Part shown: positions 45,370-59,126 of the stretch, piece after piece
Layout: every line of letters begins with the position of its first letter
Position numbering within the stretch: position 1 is the first letter of the stretch
Assembly (NCBI GenBank): GCA_951406725.2
Contig: OX597815.1
Coordinates: forward strand, 148,490,001-148,554,000
Length of the DNA: 64,000 nucleotides
Direction of reading: 5' to 3'
Source of the DNA: Octopus vulgaris
Taxonomy: Eukaryota
Made by a program: the position numbers and the translations under genes
Notes under the pieces: generated by a model
Seen by the model: only the letters and a program-made list of their open reading frames with translations
What the model was told of the DNA's origin: nothing
The model's database searches: none

Positions 45370-45889
45370 TTTGTATGTATATATACATATACATATATAC
45401 ATACATATATTTATATATATATAATCATGTTGATGAAATTCCCAAAATGAAGAAGCAGATTAGCAATACAACATATTTTATGAATATAAAACAAAGGTCA
45501 GACATCATCAACATACATAATTAATTTGATGTTGCCGGGAGAAGAAATAAAACAACACATCAAACACAAAAACTTATGTAGATAGTAAAATAAGTAATGA
45601 CTAACAATTATAGAATATCAAGTGCTTCCAGACAGCGTGAGAATGTTACGACGAATTAGTTATTTGATTAAAAACACGAACATTTTTGTGAGGACGGGGA
45701 CGGGAGACGACTGTGTAAAGTCTGACGTAGATAATATAAAGAGAATCAATAATTACATATTGCACTTATTTAACACCAAACTGGAGAAATTTGCTTTCCT
45801 AACAGCCTGCGCTCATCTATTTCCTTGCTTTTGTATAAGTACCCAATTGTATTTATGACTCTATAACGCGTTGATACATATTGCTTTCA

Positions 45890-46335
45890 AATTTCGATAT
45901 TTATCCAGCAAGTACGAGCAGGGGATTAAGTCCATTTTATCGAGTCCACTGCTCAACAGTTACTTCTTTTATTGACATCTGAAAGGATGGTAAATACAGT
46001 AGAAACTGGAACCCAGGATATTAGGCGGACAAGATTCCTTTAACCATTTTGCCCGTGATACTAACGATTGTGTCGCCTTGCCGACGTTATCACGCTTATA
46101 TATTTTTCATGCCATATATAATTGATTTCAAATTTTGGCACACAGCCCGTAATTTCAGGGAGGGAAAAATCGATTGCATCAATTCCAGTGATCAACCGGT
46201 ACTTATTTTATCGAGTCCGAAAGATAAGGGACAAACTCCACCTTGGTGGTATTTGAACTAAGAATGTAAAGACGAGCAAAAAACCGCTAAGCATCTTGCC
46301 CAGCATGCTAATTATGTTGCGACCTCGCCACCTTC
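45890..46335 (-). mobile_element. Two degraded Nin/Deu-like SINE copies
   Basis: GGTACTTATTTTATCGA..GAAAG(G)AT.. segments; reverse of the 10135-10340 family. Confidence 0.55.
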
Positions 46336-46703
46336 AGCATGTTTCCACATGTATTCGTGTCATTTATAATTGATTATTCTCATGGCCTACAGGTCTCTTT
46401 AGTACCAACTCTTCATCCAGTAGCTCTGAATAACTTATATTCGTGTAGGAAAATGTTTAATATATTGTATTGTATATAGACATGATAAGAAACCGCAATA
46501 CGGGAAGAGTCATGGTTGAAAATTCTTCACTTGTTTTGTGTAAAAAGATATAATATTTTGGAAAAGGGGTTGCGTCGTAGAACGTTGCAGCCTTCCCTTC
46601 TGTCTTCTACAAAAAGAAAACACTCACTTAATTATCTAATAGCGTGATAACAATAGAAATTGTGCTAATAAAAACATTGTATACATATATACATACATAT
46701 AAA

Positions 46704-47897
46704 CAGAGTACATAAGATATTTGAGGGGAGATTTATGTTTGATATATAATAACAGATAATAACTTTATTTATTAAAAAAAATGCTATGAGGATAACAATA
46801 AACCTTCTTTTCTATAATGTTATTCAATAAAGTCGCCTTCAGCTTCAACAACTGCTTCTATATGAGATCTAAATCATCTACATGCTCGAATCAAGTGGTT
46901 CTGATTCATTTTGGACGTTACACCAAGTATGATAGCTTTCAAAGAAGCTTTGATATTATAGGCGTGTTCCTCGACCTCTCTCTCAACAACGCTCCGCATG
47001 TTATAGTCCAATGGATTGAGATCTGGATAATTAAGAGGCCAAATGTTAGGAGATATGCGATTACATAATTTTCAACCGTCCATTCCTATATTATTATGTT
47101 TGATAGTGCATAGGCTTACTGAAACATATATGGCCTTCCATTACATACCTATTTATCCAGGGTTTGACAACTATTTCCAGAACCTCAATGTAGGCGACAT
47201 GTAGTCATGACATGTCCTTCATTGCTGACCCCCATTAAAACCATGAACGTTGCAGGAAATTTCCTTTGCATTACACTTAGTGTTTCAGAAGGGTCATTTG
47301 TTTTGTTAACTTTTTGATCTTAGTCGAAGTTTTGCTCGTCGAGAAAAACCAAATCATATCTTCTGCTGGATTTTTCAGTTTGTTTAAGAGCATTTTACAT
47401 TTGATATAGTGATTTTCATTTGCTTCTTCTGACAAATAGACCTTTCCTCATCATGTAAGTCTTATATCTGATGTCTTCGTGGACATGATTTCTGAATGTT
47501 CCTTCTGATGTATGGAAATTTTATGCAACTGACCTCATGGATACTCTGGGATTGTAATCAATGGTCTGTCGAACTTGGATAAATTCAGGTGTTCTGATGA
47601 TTTCAGAGCGTTTAAAATGCTTTTTATACTTCGATACTGGTGATACGTTTCCATCTTCAGTCTCTAGCTCTTTACAAACTTTATAGACGAAATATCTGGT
47701 AACTTTTATAAACCGAGATATTTCTAAATCGCTATGGTGAGCCTATATAACCACAATAACAGCATGCCTCTTCATTTCTTGAGTAAGCTGAATGTCTGCC
47801 GCTATTATTTTGTGAGACAAAGGTTATACAGTGTTAGCAAAAAAAAAAAGCTGCAATAACCCAAAATGGTATAGCCTCAAAGACCTTACGCGCTCTG
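46704..47897 (-). mobile_element. Full-span degraded Tc1/mariner-superfamily transposon (maT/DD37D-like)
   Basis: Imperfect TIRs CAGAGTACATAAGATATTTGAGG / CCTCAAAGACCTTACGCGCTCTG followed by TA; minus-strand EMKRHAVIV.., WFFS.EQNFD, WPL..PDLNPLDY, FRSHIEAVVEAEGDFIE*. Confidence 0.8.
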
Positions 47898-48019
47898 TAT
47901 ATACATATATAATATATATGATTAAATTACATCAGTTATTAAAGTCCATTGTTCTTATTATAGTGCATTTTTCTGCTATTCAAAACACGTTATTACTATT
48001 TATTATCATTGTTTACAAA

Positions 48020-49463
48020 TAATAAGCTTGCTGTAACAGCAGATAATAGTTATTCTTACTGCAAGTTTTGAAGAATGGAGTTCGATTTTAACAGTAATTT
48101 TTTCAAAGCTATAAGTGAAGTGACGAAGCGGTATATTCGGCATATTTTAATTTATTAGTTTAATAAAGGTGACAAGTCAACGGAAAGTGCGGAGAGAATT
48201 AATGCAGTATACGGGGACCGGACAATAAACGTAAACCAGTATCAACGGTGGTTCCAGAAATTCCGAGACGGAAATTACAGTCTAGGAGGTGCACCTCATT
48301 CTGGAAGATCTGTAGAGCTCAACGAGGACGTCCTGGTTGGTGGGATAAAATCCCATCGTAACTTTTCAGGAACTGGCAGAGAAGCTTGGATTTAGTCATT
48401 CAACCATTCATTAACACTTGCGTGCCATCGGATATGTCACAACTTTGTGTCAATTTGTTCCTCACAAACTTCCCATGTCTACTCGTGCGCAGAGTGTGAC
48501 CGTGTGCTCTTCTTTGTTGTCATGTCTCACGAATAAAATATTTTGGACCGAAATGTAAGTGGTGACGAGGAAATGGTTCTCTATAATAATGTGACACCCG
48601 AAGATAGTGAGTAAGGGAAGAAAAAACACCGGCGCCCCTGGCTAAATAACGCCTCCTCCCACGTAAGGTGTTGTTATCTGTTAGATGAGATATGAAAGGT
48701 TTATCCACTTTCAACATTTAAACCCAGACCAAACGATAAAAAATGAAATCTAGAAATAATAGAAATAGAAAAATCAGTGAATGTATTTTACTTGACATAT
48801 ATATATGTTTTGAAAGGAGGATGGGCATCGACAGCTAGCAAGCCATGTCACTCTAGGCAATGACTATGAAACTAGTCTCTGGTGGTGGCTTTGATGAGTG
48901 GTGGGGGAATGTCTTCACTTTGAAAACATAAAGATATAGGAAATGTGTCCAAGTGGAAACGGTGTTTCCTAGGGCTAAATAACAGTAGCATTCTTCTCTT
49001 TTATGGGACTGTCACATTAAGTTGACAATATAATATTACTTTAAAGGATATCTACTTCGAGCAGCTTGACCGACTCGGGTCAAGGCTTGAAAAAACTACC
49101 ATCTTTATTTTCAAGATGAAAGGTGTTCTTGCATCAGAATAGTGCTCGGCCACATACAGCGTGGGTGACATTGCAAAGTCAGGGGTAATGTGAATGGGAA
49201 ACGATGCCCAACCCACCATATTTTTCCCATCTCATTATTATTTATTCCGCAGTCTTCAAAATGACTTGGACTGAAAGAACAGTGCTGGATAGGCATTTAT
49301 CGTCACGGAAGAATTTTGGAAGCGGGGCATTCCAAGTTTACCAGAGAAATGGAAGAGCATTGTAGAAAATAAAGGAGAGTATATAGATTTTAAAAGATTC
49401 ATTTATATTAATTTTAAAAAATAAAAGTAGAAGAAAACTGCACTATTTATGGGATCACACAAT
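48020..49463 (+). mobile_element. Degraded mariner (DD34D-type) transposon with ~290-bp insert at ~48750-49040
   Basis: IRHILI..FNKG..INAVYGDRT..QRWFQKFR, GDEEMVLY, HQNSARPH, WETMPNPPY, LPEKWKSIVENKGEYI; 3' TIR-like TATTTATGGGATCACACAATA. Confidence 0.8.
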
Positions 49464-49514
49464 ATATACCTCTCTGTGTGTATGCGTGCGCACGCGTGTA
49501 CGTAAATATATATA

Positions 49515-50627
49515 AATATAACCGAAGCTAAACTGCACGCAACATCAACCAAAAAACCAGCAGTTAGAAAATGTGGAAAGCCCAACTGCGGAATCTGTGT
49601 CATCTTGGTAGAAGGTTCACAAAATATACTAGAACAAGGCCATCAGTTCACCATTAGAACAAACTTCACCTGTGCATCAGAAAATTTAATTTACGTCTCA
49701 ACATCCGCAGGTTGCAATAGGCAGTATATAGGCCATTCAAAAAATAGCTTACGTAAAAGGATGGCAGTGCATAAATCCCAAATTAGAAACCCTGAATACC
49801 GGGAAATACCAGTCAGCGGACACATAGATAGATGTGCTTCAAATGAAAATCCGAAATTTACAACTTACCCACTTTACAAATTCAGTGACAGCGTAACCTT
49901 CACCCAACGCCAAAATAAAGAACTTTATTTCATCAAAAAATGTAGACCAAGTTTGAACACCCTGGGCCAGGAATATTAAAACAAAACATTGGTCTTCCGA
50001 AAAGGAAAAATGAAATTCTACCATAACCACCACGATCACTACGACTGCTTCCACTATCACTACTACTACAACCACCGTGGTCACTACTATTGCTGCTAAG
50101 ATCAACAGTCCTCTACTAATGCTGCTGCTACGGCCACGGCTTAACTGCTACAACCTCACGGTTGCCAAAACTACGGCCAACAGTAACTGCTACTACTGCC
50201 ATTTAAGCCACAAGACATACTGTTGCTGCTAGGACAGCCACAACTTAGCCGCCACAACCAATAAACTGCTGCAACCCCAACCACCACCACGGTTACTACT
50301 ACTACGACCAACAATCACTGCTGCTGCTACCATTCCATTGTAACACAAGGAAACAAAAAAACAAGCACACGGTTCCTTTTGATACCAGCAAGAAACAATA
50401 ATGAACTTCTTTATTACATTCAACTATAATATAGCGATTATACCAACTACCCACAAAACACCACCACATGGATTCTATTGAGACCAGTAAGAAACAAATA
50501 TGAACTTTTCTATTGCACTTTTTATAATATTTTTGATAAGGTTCGTTTTTTCAAGAACCGAAACATGTAAAATTCATAAGAAAATTAAAATTTATCTAAT
50601 ATAGTGGCGTTTTCAAACTTCTTTTTT

Positions 50628-50631
<4 letters not shown>
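49515..50631 (+). mobile_element. 5'-truncated Penelope-like element (second Neptune-like family): GIY-YIG frame open to 49979, trinucleotide-rich UTR, HHR end
   Basis: [50 protein letters not shown]; TA tracts at both ends. Confidence 0.85.
50529..50573 (+). ncRNA. Minimal type I hammerhead ribozyme, U3:A8 core variant
   Basis: ATTT-TTGATAA-GGTTC gttttttcaa GAACC-GAA-ACATGT-A^-AAAT. Confidence 0.7.
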
Positions 50632-50715
<84 letters not shown>

Positions 50716-50734
50716 TTGCATTGAGTTTTAGTTG

Positions 50735-51050
50735 AAGAAATCGACCCCAGGATGTAATTTTAAAGCCTACTACTTATTCTGTCGGGCTTGTTTGCTGAAT
50801 CGGTAAGTGGCAGGGACAGAAACATACATCGCTTGTCAAATGGTGTTGGGGAAACCAACAAAGGCACACACACACACATGTATATACATATACATGTGAC
50901 GGGATTGGTTCACTTCCGTCTAGCAAAGTCAATTCACAATGTTTTGCTCGGCTCCAGGTTATAGTAGAAGACAGTTGCCCAAGGTGCTACGAATGAAACT
51001 GAATTCAGAACCATGAGGTTGTAAAACAAGCCTTCTACCACACAACCAAG
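50735..51050 (-). mobile_element. Degraded SINE, same family as 33780-34236
   Basis: AATCGACCCCAGGA.., TATAGTAGAAGACA.TTGCCCAAGGTG, TACCACACA.CCA. Confidence 0.75.
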
Positions 51051-51067
51051 GAAGCTTCTTAGAACAG

Positions 51068-51113
<46 letters not shown>

Positions 51114-51163
51114 TTATGTGTGTGTTGTGTATGTGTGTGTGTTTATGTATGTGTGTGTGTGTT

Positions 51164-51219
<56 letters not shown>

Positions 51220-52519
51220 GAGTCATAGATTATGTATGCGTATATCACGAATTGATCCCATTTCAACGTACCAACGTACCGTTGAATTTATGACCAGCGT
51301 GGATGAGTATCATTAAGTTTTCTTAGGCGATACTTCCCAAATTCTTCTTCTATCAAAGATTTTGTCTCATTATTGCCTGTATTTGGGGGAATGTTTACTT
51401 AAATACTGATATTTCTTCCTAATGCTTGTTTAACTTTCATTCTTTACTTACTATTTCTTAATGCATCCCACCGTTGTAATTTTTTTATGATCCTACTTAC
51501 CTACAAATATTCGAAATTTACATTTCATGTATGAATAATTCTGTAAATTCATTGTCATATCAAGTCACATCTCTTCTTATTACCCTTCTACAAATCATAT
51601 TTTCTAACAAATTTAAGTATTGTTTATAATACACCTTTGAGCATAAGCTGACATTCAACTACATGTCTAGGCGCCTTCATTGCAAGCTGTAGGCTTCTCT
51701 TCTTAATCATATTTATCTGCTCAATATAATCTCTTTCTCACTTTCCACGACTTCTGTTATTCTCAGTTTCTTCCAATCCATTCCTTTCTATTTGCCATGC
51801 AGACACAAAATACTTCATCTCAGAATCCCAAGTATCATTTTAACTGAAGAATGTTTTTAACAAATACGAAAGCCTAATATTTTCTACACAAAAATTATAG
51901 CGGAATTCTATTGTTTTCTGCCAAGGATTTACCATAACGCATAAGACTTTCAAATGCAATGTCGCTGCATGACTTTAAAAATGGCCCCAAGGTCAGTGGC
52001 CTTCTTCAAAATATCATAGACATTTCCTTACGTCATAACCTACAAACTTTTGGAAATAAAATCATATTAAATAAGTCTTCTTACATTGGTTCCGAAGAAA
52101 AAATGGCTATTCTAAATTAATTCCATCTCCGGAAATGGATTAACTTAGAAGTCAGGTTTATTAACCCTTGACATTTGATGGAAATGATTATTGTAGTCAT
52201 CTAAATACAAATACAGTATAGCTGAAACACTCATTCGAGGTTTCAATCGAATTTATATTAGAACGATATAGAATATTTTTTACCTTAACAGAGCATGATA
52301 CTTACCATGGCGGAATGATATTGATAATGCTGAATAATGATGACCTTCGAAGTAACTATTAATTTATTTTACTATCTATTTTGAACACATTTATGTAGAC
52401 TATTTAAACATAAAGCCCCTCTTAACATTTGCTTTTCATTGTTGAAAATTCTGTCTTAACATTTTCTTATCATTGTCAAAGAGTGTATTACTGTATTTTC
52501 ATAAATCTATGCATCAGAT

Positions 52520-53139
52520 GAGTCATTCTTTACTTTATTTCCGACCGTGTATACGCGTGGAGACAGCCAAAAGAACCATTTAACCTAGACTTCTTCCAGC
52601 TGTTAAAAATGGAGCTGGGTTTGTGATGGTCTGGTGGGGTGGGGGCTATCTCTTGGAAATATGGCGGCCCAATGGTTTCCCTTCATGGCAGAATTAATAG
52701 TCAAGACTATTTAGCATTTTATCTAATCAATTTCCTCCTATGTTAGAGAAACTGCTTCCGGAGGGAAACGTAATCTTTCACGATGATAATGCACCAATTC
52801 ACCTGGCTAAATTTGTTACTGAATGACGCGAGAAACATTCTAGTGAAGTTGAATATCTTATCTGACCACCAGAGTGCCCAGATCTCAATATTATTGAACA
52901 TTTATGGGGCATTTTAGAAAGACAAGTAAGGAGTTGATATCCTCAACCAACACCACGACAAGAACTGGATACTGTTTTAGGTGTAGGATGGGCGAAATTT
53001 CCTTTGGAAAAAATTCAAATTTTGTACAAGTCCATTCCTCGTAGAATTCAAGCTGTAATTACTGCTAAAAGCGGTCCTACCCAATATTAAAATAAATAAG
53101 TTTGAAATTTTATGGTGTTTCCATTATTTTGTTCAGCCC

Positions 53140-53141
<2 letters not shown>
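52520..53141 (+). mobile_element. Tc1-like (DD34E) transposase 3' half with right TIR
   Basis: WRQPKEPFNLD, VMVW, FHDDNAPIH, PPECPDLNIIEHLWG, IPRRIQAVITAKSGPTQY*; TIR-like GGTGTTTCCATTATTTTGTTCAGCCCCT. Confidence 0.8.
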
Positions 53142-53219
<78 letters not shown>

Positions 53220-53605
53220 ATATGTATATATGTATATATGTAAGAGTGTGTGTTTACAGGTAAGTACGACTAACATAAGTTTATAATACTTCTTACGTAT
53301 GCATAATATATTGTGGTTCGTTACAATTTTGCTTTGAATTATTACACACAACAATTCATCCGCGGCAATTCTCTATTGCATTATAGGCCAGAGATATGAA
53401 ATTTCTGATTTTAGGTCTCTGCAATATATTACATTGCAATATATTACGATATATTTACTCTGTATATCATAACCAGTAATACTACGAAATTCAATTGTAG
53501 CTTAACCAGTGTACTAAAAACTGAAAGCACATTAGGTTATGATAATCTACGTGGAGCCCAAACTAATCAGTAGCAGTCCCAGCTGGGCACACAAGGTATA
53601 TATAC

Positions 53606-54764
53606 AATTGGTGACGCGTATCCTCAATGATGGTGATGCTGTTAACATCGTTTTATTGGACTTTGCCAAAGCTTTTGACTCGGTAAACCACCGCCTATTA
53701 CTTGTCAAGCTTCAAGCATATAGTTTCCATCCGGATGTTGTACGATGGGTTGGTGCCTTCCTGTCAGATCACTCCTTCCAAGTCCAAGTTAATGGTTCGC
53801 TCTCCGACGTCTCCTGTGCGAGCTGTGACGTGCCTTAATGTTCAGTGCTTGAGCCCTTATTGTTCTTAGTCTTCATTAATGACTTGCCCGACGACCTCAC
53901 GCAACACACCCTTCTATTTGCCGATGATGTCAAACTGGTCGCTCCTCGCGGTGATATAGATGATCTTCGTCGATGCCTCCACCAAGTTTGGAGATGGTCT
54001 AACGAATGGGACCTGTGTCTGAATGTGTCAAAGTGCTGTCATCTGCCTGTTGGCTCTTCTCCTGCAACTCAACTAGATTTCGAGCCTGGTCGTCTGCTGC
54101 TGGAGAGGACCGACCAGCTAAAGTACCTGGGTATCTTGGTGGATTCTTCCTTTTCGCTTTCGGCATAGTGCGTCCATGCTACCAACAAAGCACGCGAAGT
54201 TTTGTTTTTGATTCCACGGTCATTCGGTATGCTCACAGAAGCCATATTCCTACCGCTCTATGTCACGCTAGTGAGACCCTTATCTCCTCAAAGACATACA
54301 TCATCTCGAAAGAGTCCAGCAACTGGCTACCCTCATGGTTCTTGGTCTCAAGCATTTGTCTTATGAAGAAAGGCTGAAGACGCTCGACCTTTATTCTCTA
54401 GAAAAATGACAACGCCGTGGTGATCTCGTTCTTGCTCACAACATCATAAGTGGAAAGTGTAACCTCTCGAAAGAGCTGTTCTTCACTCCTGCTCCAGAGC
54501 GTCGGCTGCGGCGTCACTCCGAAAAGCTCTATCTGCGCCGTTTTCATCTCAATCGAAGGAGAGGGGCTTTCTCCGTCCGGGTTGCGGATCCGTGGAATAA
54601 GCTGCCGGACGAGATAGTGAAGATGACGACGACCACTCGGTTCAGTCTCACTTGACCAGAAATGGCCTGAACTCTTTGCATGAACCCCACCCTATACATA
54701 ACTCCATGTTCCCCTACATGGCCTTGCTTTTCGCTTTTTGAGCCAAAGAATTAACTTAACTTAA
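53606..54764 (+). mobile_element. 5'-truncated CR1-type LINE (GC-richer family), disrupted RT and 3' UTR
   Basis: LDFAKAFDSVNH, PLLFLVFINDL, LFADDVKL, YLGI, SYEERLKTLDLYSLE, FSVRVADPWNKLP; (TTAAC)n tail. Confidence 0.88.
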
Positions 54765-54796
54765 ATACACACACACACGCACACACACACGCACAC

Positions 54797-54864
<68 letters not shown>

Positions 54865-54935
54865 AAATATATACATATACATACACACATTCACACACAC
54901 ACGCACACACACACACATATATATATAAAATGTTG

Positions 54936-55685
54936 TGTAAGATAAAAATTTGAGATATTTGTCTTAAACATTCAGACAGGCAAATTCATAATTCAGATGT
55001 ATTACATGAGATATTATTCTTTTCAAATAACTACATATTTATATTAAGAATTATATGATAAGCAAAAATATGTAAGGAACACTATGAAAGTATAAAATAT
55101 AGTTGTAATAGATTAAAGGGGCGATTGAAAAATCAGTCGTATCCTCTGGCCGTTTCATAAATATTGTAAGGAAATAATCCAGATTCAACTGTAGTATATA
55201 ATCCAAATTCAACTCCCTGTATAAAAAACATTTCCTTCCTTGGGTTTCCTTTCTTGTGGTAAAATCTAGTAAGGCACTATATAGTCTGTCCGGTTTTATT
55301 TTGTTATTTATATTTTCGTTCTTATTCATCAATTCGATACTCAACAAGCAACTGAAATTTCACGATGTAATACCTTACTGGATTTTACCTTCCTAAGGAA
55401 GGAAATGTTTTTATACAAGGAATTGAATCTGGATTATGTCCTACTACCCCTTTCAACTTTTCTGAAACGGCCGTTTAATCTATTCTATCAATAATTTATA
55501 CTTTCATAGTGTTTCTTATATATTTGTTATGATTATGTTCTTATATTTCTATATTCTTATGATCTCTGTCTTAATATAAATATGTTGTTATGTGAATGGA
55601 ATAATATCTCATGTCATACATCTGAATTATTAATTTGCTTGCCTGACTATATGAGACAAATATAAGAAATTTTTATCTTATACTA
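54936..55685. repeat. Long imperfect fold-back (~320-340-bp arms, ~90-bp spacer)
   Basis: TAAGATAAAAATTT/AAATTTTTATCTTA, AATTCAGATGTA/TACATCTGAATT, ACACTATGAAAGTATAAA/TTTATACTTTCATAGTGT, CATTTCCTTCCTT/AAGGAAGGAAATG. Confidence 0.85.
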
Positions 55686-55765
55686 AATTTTAGTAATCTT
55701 TCGCTCATATACGAGCGAAATAACAGTTGTACTATATACTGGAGTTTATCTCCATTAAAATTATC

Positions 55766-55802
<37 letters not shown>

Positions 55803-55803
<1 letters not shown>

Positions 55804-56650
55804 TAGCTTTAGGTGACCCGATCTACACGCGGGTGAGGGTGTGATTGTTAGTATCTGTGGCTTCTTTTCTGTTTCTTATTGACACATTCTCCCTCTTTGT
55901 TTCCCTCTCCTTTATCTCTCCCTTTCTTACTCTCTTACTCTTCCTTTCTCTCGGATTCTCCTTCGCTTTTTCTTACTCTTTATCTTTAACTATCTATCTC
56001 TCTCCCATTTATAAAGAACAAAAGATCTTGAGTAATTTGGGAAAGAAAATAGCTTGAAAGAACAATCATAAATATCAGGCAGTCACAACGGAAATCACAC
56101 CTGATTTTTGTATGTGCAGTATTTGAGCGAATAAATATAAGGAAAAAAGTATTTCTTTCTTAAATTTAGTATTTATTTTGGGAATTTTTCGAAGATTGAC
56201 CATGCAAATGAATGCCCTAAACACGGACTACATGCAGCTGTAAATTTCCTTAAGAAAAAATGAAAATTGTAAACAATAAAAATAAAAGGCAAAAATACCT
56301 AAATATGAGAAATTTTTCTAAACTTCAAAAATCTTGCCATAATTTTTAAAATTTCAAACCCATTTTCCGCGCTTAAGTTACAAATCCGCATCCAGTTTAC
56401 CATGTTGAAAATTTGAGCGAAATCGGGCAAAAGGTGTCCAATCAAGACCCCAAGTGTCCCGTAAAGTCAATAAAATACCCGTTTCCACAGCAAAGCAAAT
56501 GCTGTAGCGATCAAAACGTCTCCCAATCAATTTCTTCCCTCAAGTTACCCCATACTGTAAATTTTAATCCTCTTCCAGACACTTTAGGCCCCTTTTTACA
56601 TAAAAATCCAATTTGTATCAACGTTCGCCTTCTTCATTTTATAATTTAGA
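55803..56650 (-). mobile_element. Non-autonomous Helitron
   Basis: Minus: A|TCTAAATTATAAAATG ... subterminal hairpin ACCCG-cgtgtagat-CGGGT, then CTAG|T; no TSD. Confidence 0.78.
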
Positions 56651-56673
56651 TTACATGCCAATCGCGCCAATCT

Positions 56674-57099
56674 GTTAGTTAGTTAGATAGTTAATTTTTT
56701 GGCTCAAAAAGCAAAAAGCAAGGCCATGTAGGGGGACATGGAGTTATGTACAGGGTGGTGTTCATGTATAGAGTTCAAGCCACTTGTGGTCAAGGGAGAC
56801 TTTGAACCGAGCGGTCGTCGGCATCTTCACCATCTCGTCCGGCAGCTTATTCCACGGATCGGCAACTCGGACTGAGAAAGCCCCTCTCCTTCGATTGAGA
56901 TGAAATCGTCGCAGATAGAGCTTTTCGGAATGACCCCGTAGCCGACGCTCTGGAGCAGGAGTGAAGTACAGCTCTTTCGAGAGGTTACACTTTCCCCTTA
57001 TGATGTTGTGAGCAGGAATGAGATCACCACGGCGTCGTCGTTTTTCTAGAGAATAAAGGTCGAGCGTCTTCAGCCTTTCTTCATAAGACAAATTCTTGA
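56674..57099 (-). mobile_element. Short 3' fragment of the CR1-type family at 53606-54764
   Basis: ORF 56762-57091 SYEERLKTLDLYSLEKRRRRGDLI..RGHSEKL; same 3' UTR; (CTAA)n tail. Confidence 0.88.
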
Positions 57100-57310
57100 A
57101 TAGATAAAAAAATCACTCTTCTCACCATAGCAACCGTATCTTTCTAGATGGCGAGTTTTAACGTACTCAACTCTCTGCCTCATCACACTTTCTATGTCTG
57201 TGTCAATTTTCAGTTCAAGCCGACCGCTGGTCTGGCCTCCAATCTCTGACGTAGCAAAATGTGCACACAATTTTGACCCAAATCCACTTATATATATATA
57301 TATATATATA

Positions 57311-57623
57311 TTATATTAAATTAGAGACAAAACCACTATTATGCAAATCAAACAATGAAAAACTTAAGCCAATACATATGATTAATTTATATTATTGAAA
57401 TATATAACAAAATTATTAAAAAAATATAATTAATATCACACTACGATCGTTTCATGCCTGCTAACATCATCAAATGTTTGAGTCGCAGTCATTCATCAGG
57501 TGGTTTAAATATTTTTCTTGACGAGGTTTAAACAATTTAATATAATATAATATTTTACTATAAAATTGGATTCAATCCTAAATCTGATTTTTCCCTGTAA
57601 GTTTGGATTTATTCCCTAATATT

Positions 57624-57627
<4 letters not shown>
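57311..57627 (-). mobile_element. Penelope-like pLTR insert in (TA)n with inverted terminal segment
   Basis: HHR at 57439-57502; 57535-57627 is the inverted continuation of the 57311 end, judged from the collinear copy at 19838-19962. Confidence 0.72.
57439..57502 (-). ncRNA. Type I hammerhead ribozyme, canonical core, extended stem II
   Basis: Minus: CAC-CTGATGA-ATGaCTGC(23 nt)GCAGgCAT-GAA-ACGATCGT-A^-GTG. Confidence 0.8.
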
Positions 57628-57690
<63 letters not shown>

Positions 57691-58902
57691 CGTATGTATA
57701 TGTATGTATGTAGGTACGTACACATGTATGTATGCATGTATCTCTGTATTTATATATACTGAGAGTGATGCGCAAATTTATGTTCTAAATCTAAAACTAT
57801 TTTTTCGTCCTATATTTTATACTTAGATTCAAACATTAATGTTTCTTTACTGATACTATTGTACTAATGTAGTTTACCAGTGAACGCATATCACGCCCCC
57901 ACCTACTTATTCACTGGATTGGCATATTTGCTTTTATGAATGTAAGGTTTTTATTGTGCATCTGAGTTTCATTATATATGAATACACCATCTTTTGAGAT
58001 ACGTTTTTTACAACAAAGACAGAATTTCTGCAACACTGCTAATCCTATTTCATGCCTCTCACTATTTCTCCCTGAATATTTCACTGTTGTTATTTAATTA
58101 TGCATATACTTTATAAATAATACTTTTCTTATCGTTATTTCATTTCGTATCTCCATAACTCCTTAATTTACTGTATGTGGTGGTGGCTCTTTTCACACAT
58201 TTAATTCGTTTCTATTGAATATGTGCATTCATTACCAAAACCTCCTGCATTTCCTGACATTTAACTCACGTTGCCACCATTTGCGTTACAAGCTCACGGC
58301 ACATGTTCTTAATTATCATTGCTACCTCAATATTCATGTCACAGGTTGTATGCCCTAGAACCAAGCCTTCATTATATTTCACTTCCCATTCATGTCCTCC
58401 AAATTACCTCACACTACTTTCTTTCCTCTTACAAACACTCACATCAAATACGCAACAAAACAGCCCTTCACAAATAACAGATTATTATGATAGCCCCAGG
58501 AATTTATATAACAATTCATACCAACATTACGCTATACTCGTTCCAATTATTTACAAAAACTAACTCTCTTGCTATGTAGGCAATTTCCTATTGACCTTAA
58601 TAGCATGTATTTTCAGTTTAGTCCATATTTTGTGGTTTTGCCATTTTTCTGTATTTGAATGCGTAATGATTAATTATTTATACAACTTTATCTAATGAAA
58701 TCCTATTCATCGTTCTTTCCCAATACATATTCATTGAATTAATAGAGATACATCTATGTAAGGATAATACATGTCTGCCTTTAGCAGCATTGCATAGTTC
58801 TAAACTTTTTTTCCAAAATATATCTTCATACAAATCCTAAATTTCTCTCACGTTCTCTATCGTATTTTAATATTTATTATCTCTTTCCATACATTTCCCG
58901 TA

Positions 58903-58904
<2 letters not shown>

Positions 58905-58982
<78 letters not shown>

Positions 58983-58995
58983 GTTATTAATATTG

Positions 58996-59065
<70 letters not shown>

Positions 59066-59092
59066 TATTATTATTACTATTATTATTATTAC

Positions 59093-59126
<34 letters not shown>
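58905..59126. repeat. (TTA)n microsatellite
   Basis: Direct reading. Confidence 0.95.

Noticed and set aside
51290-52100. Pyrimidine-skewed tract resembling an ancient minus-strand LINE (a similar tract lies at 58550-59700)
   Set aside because: No diagnostic motif could be recovered.
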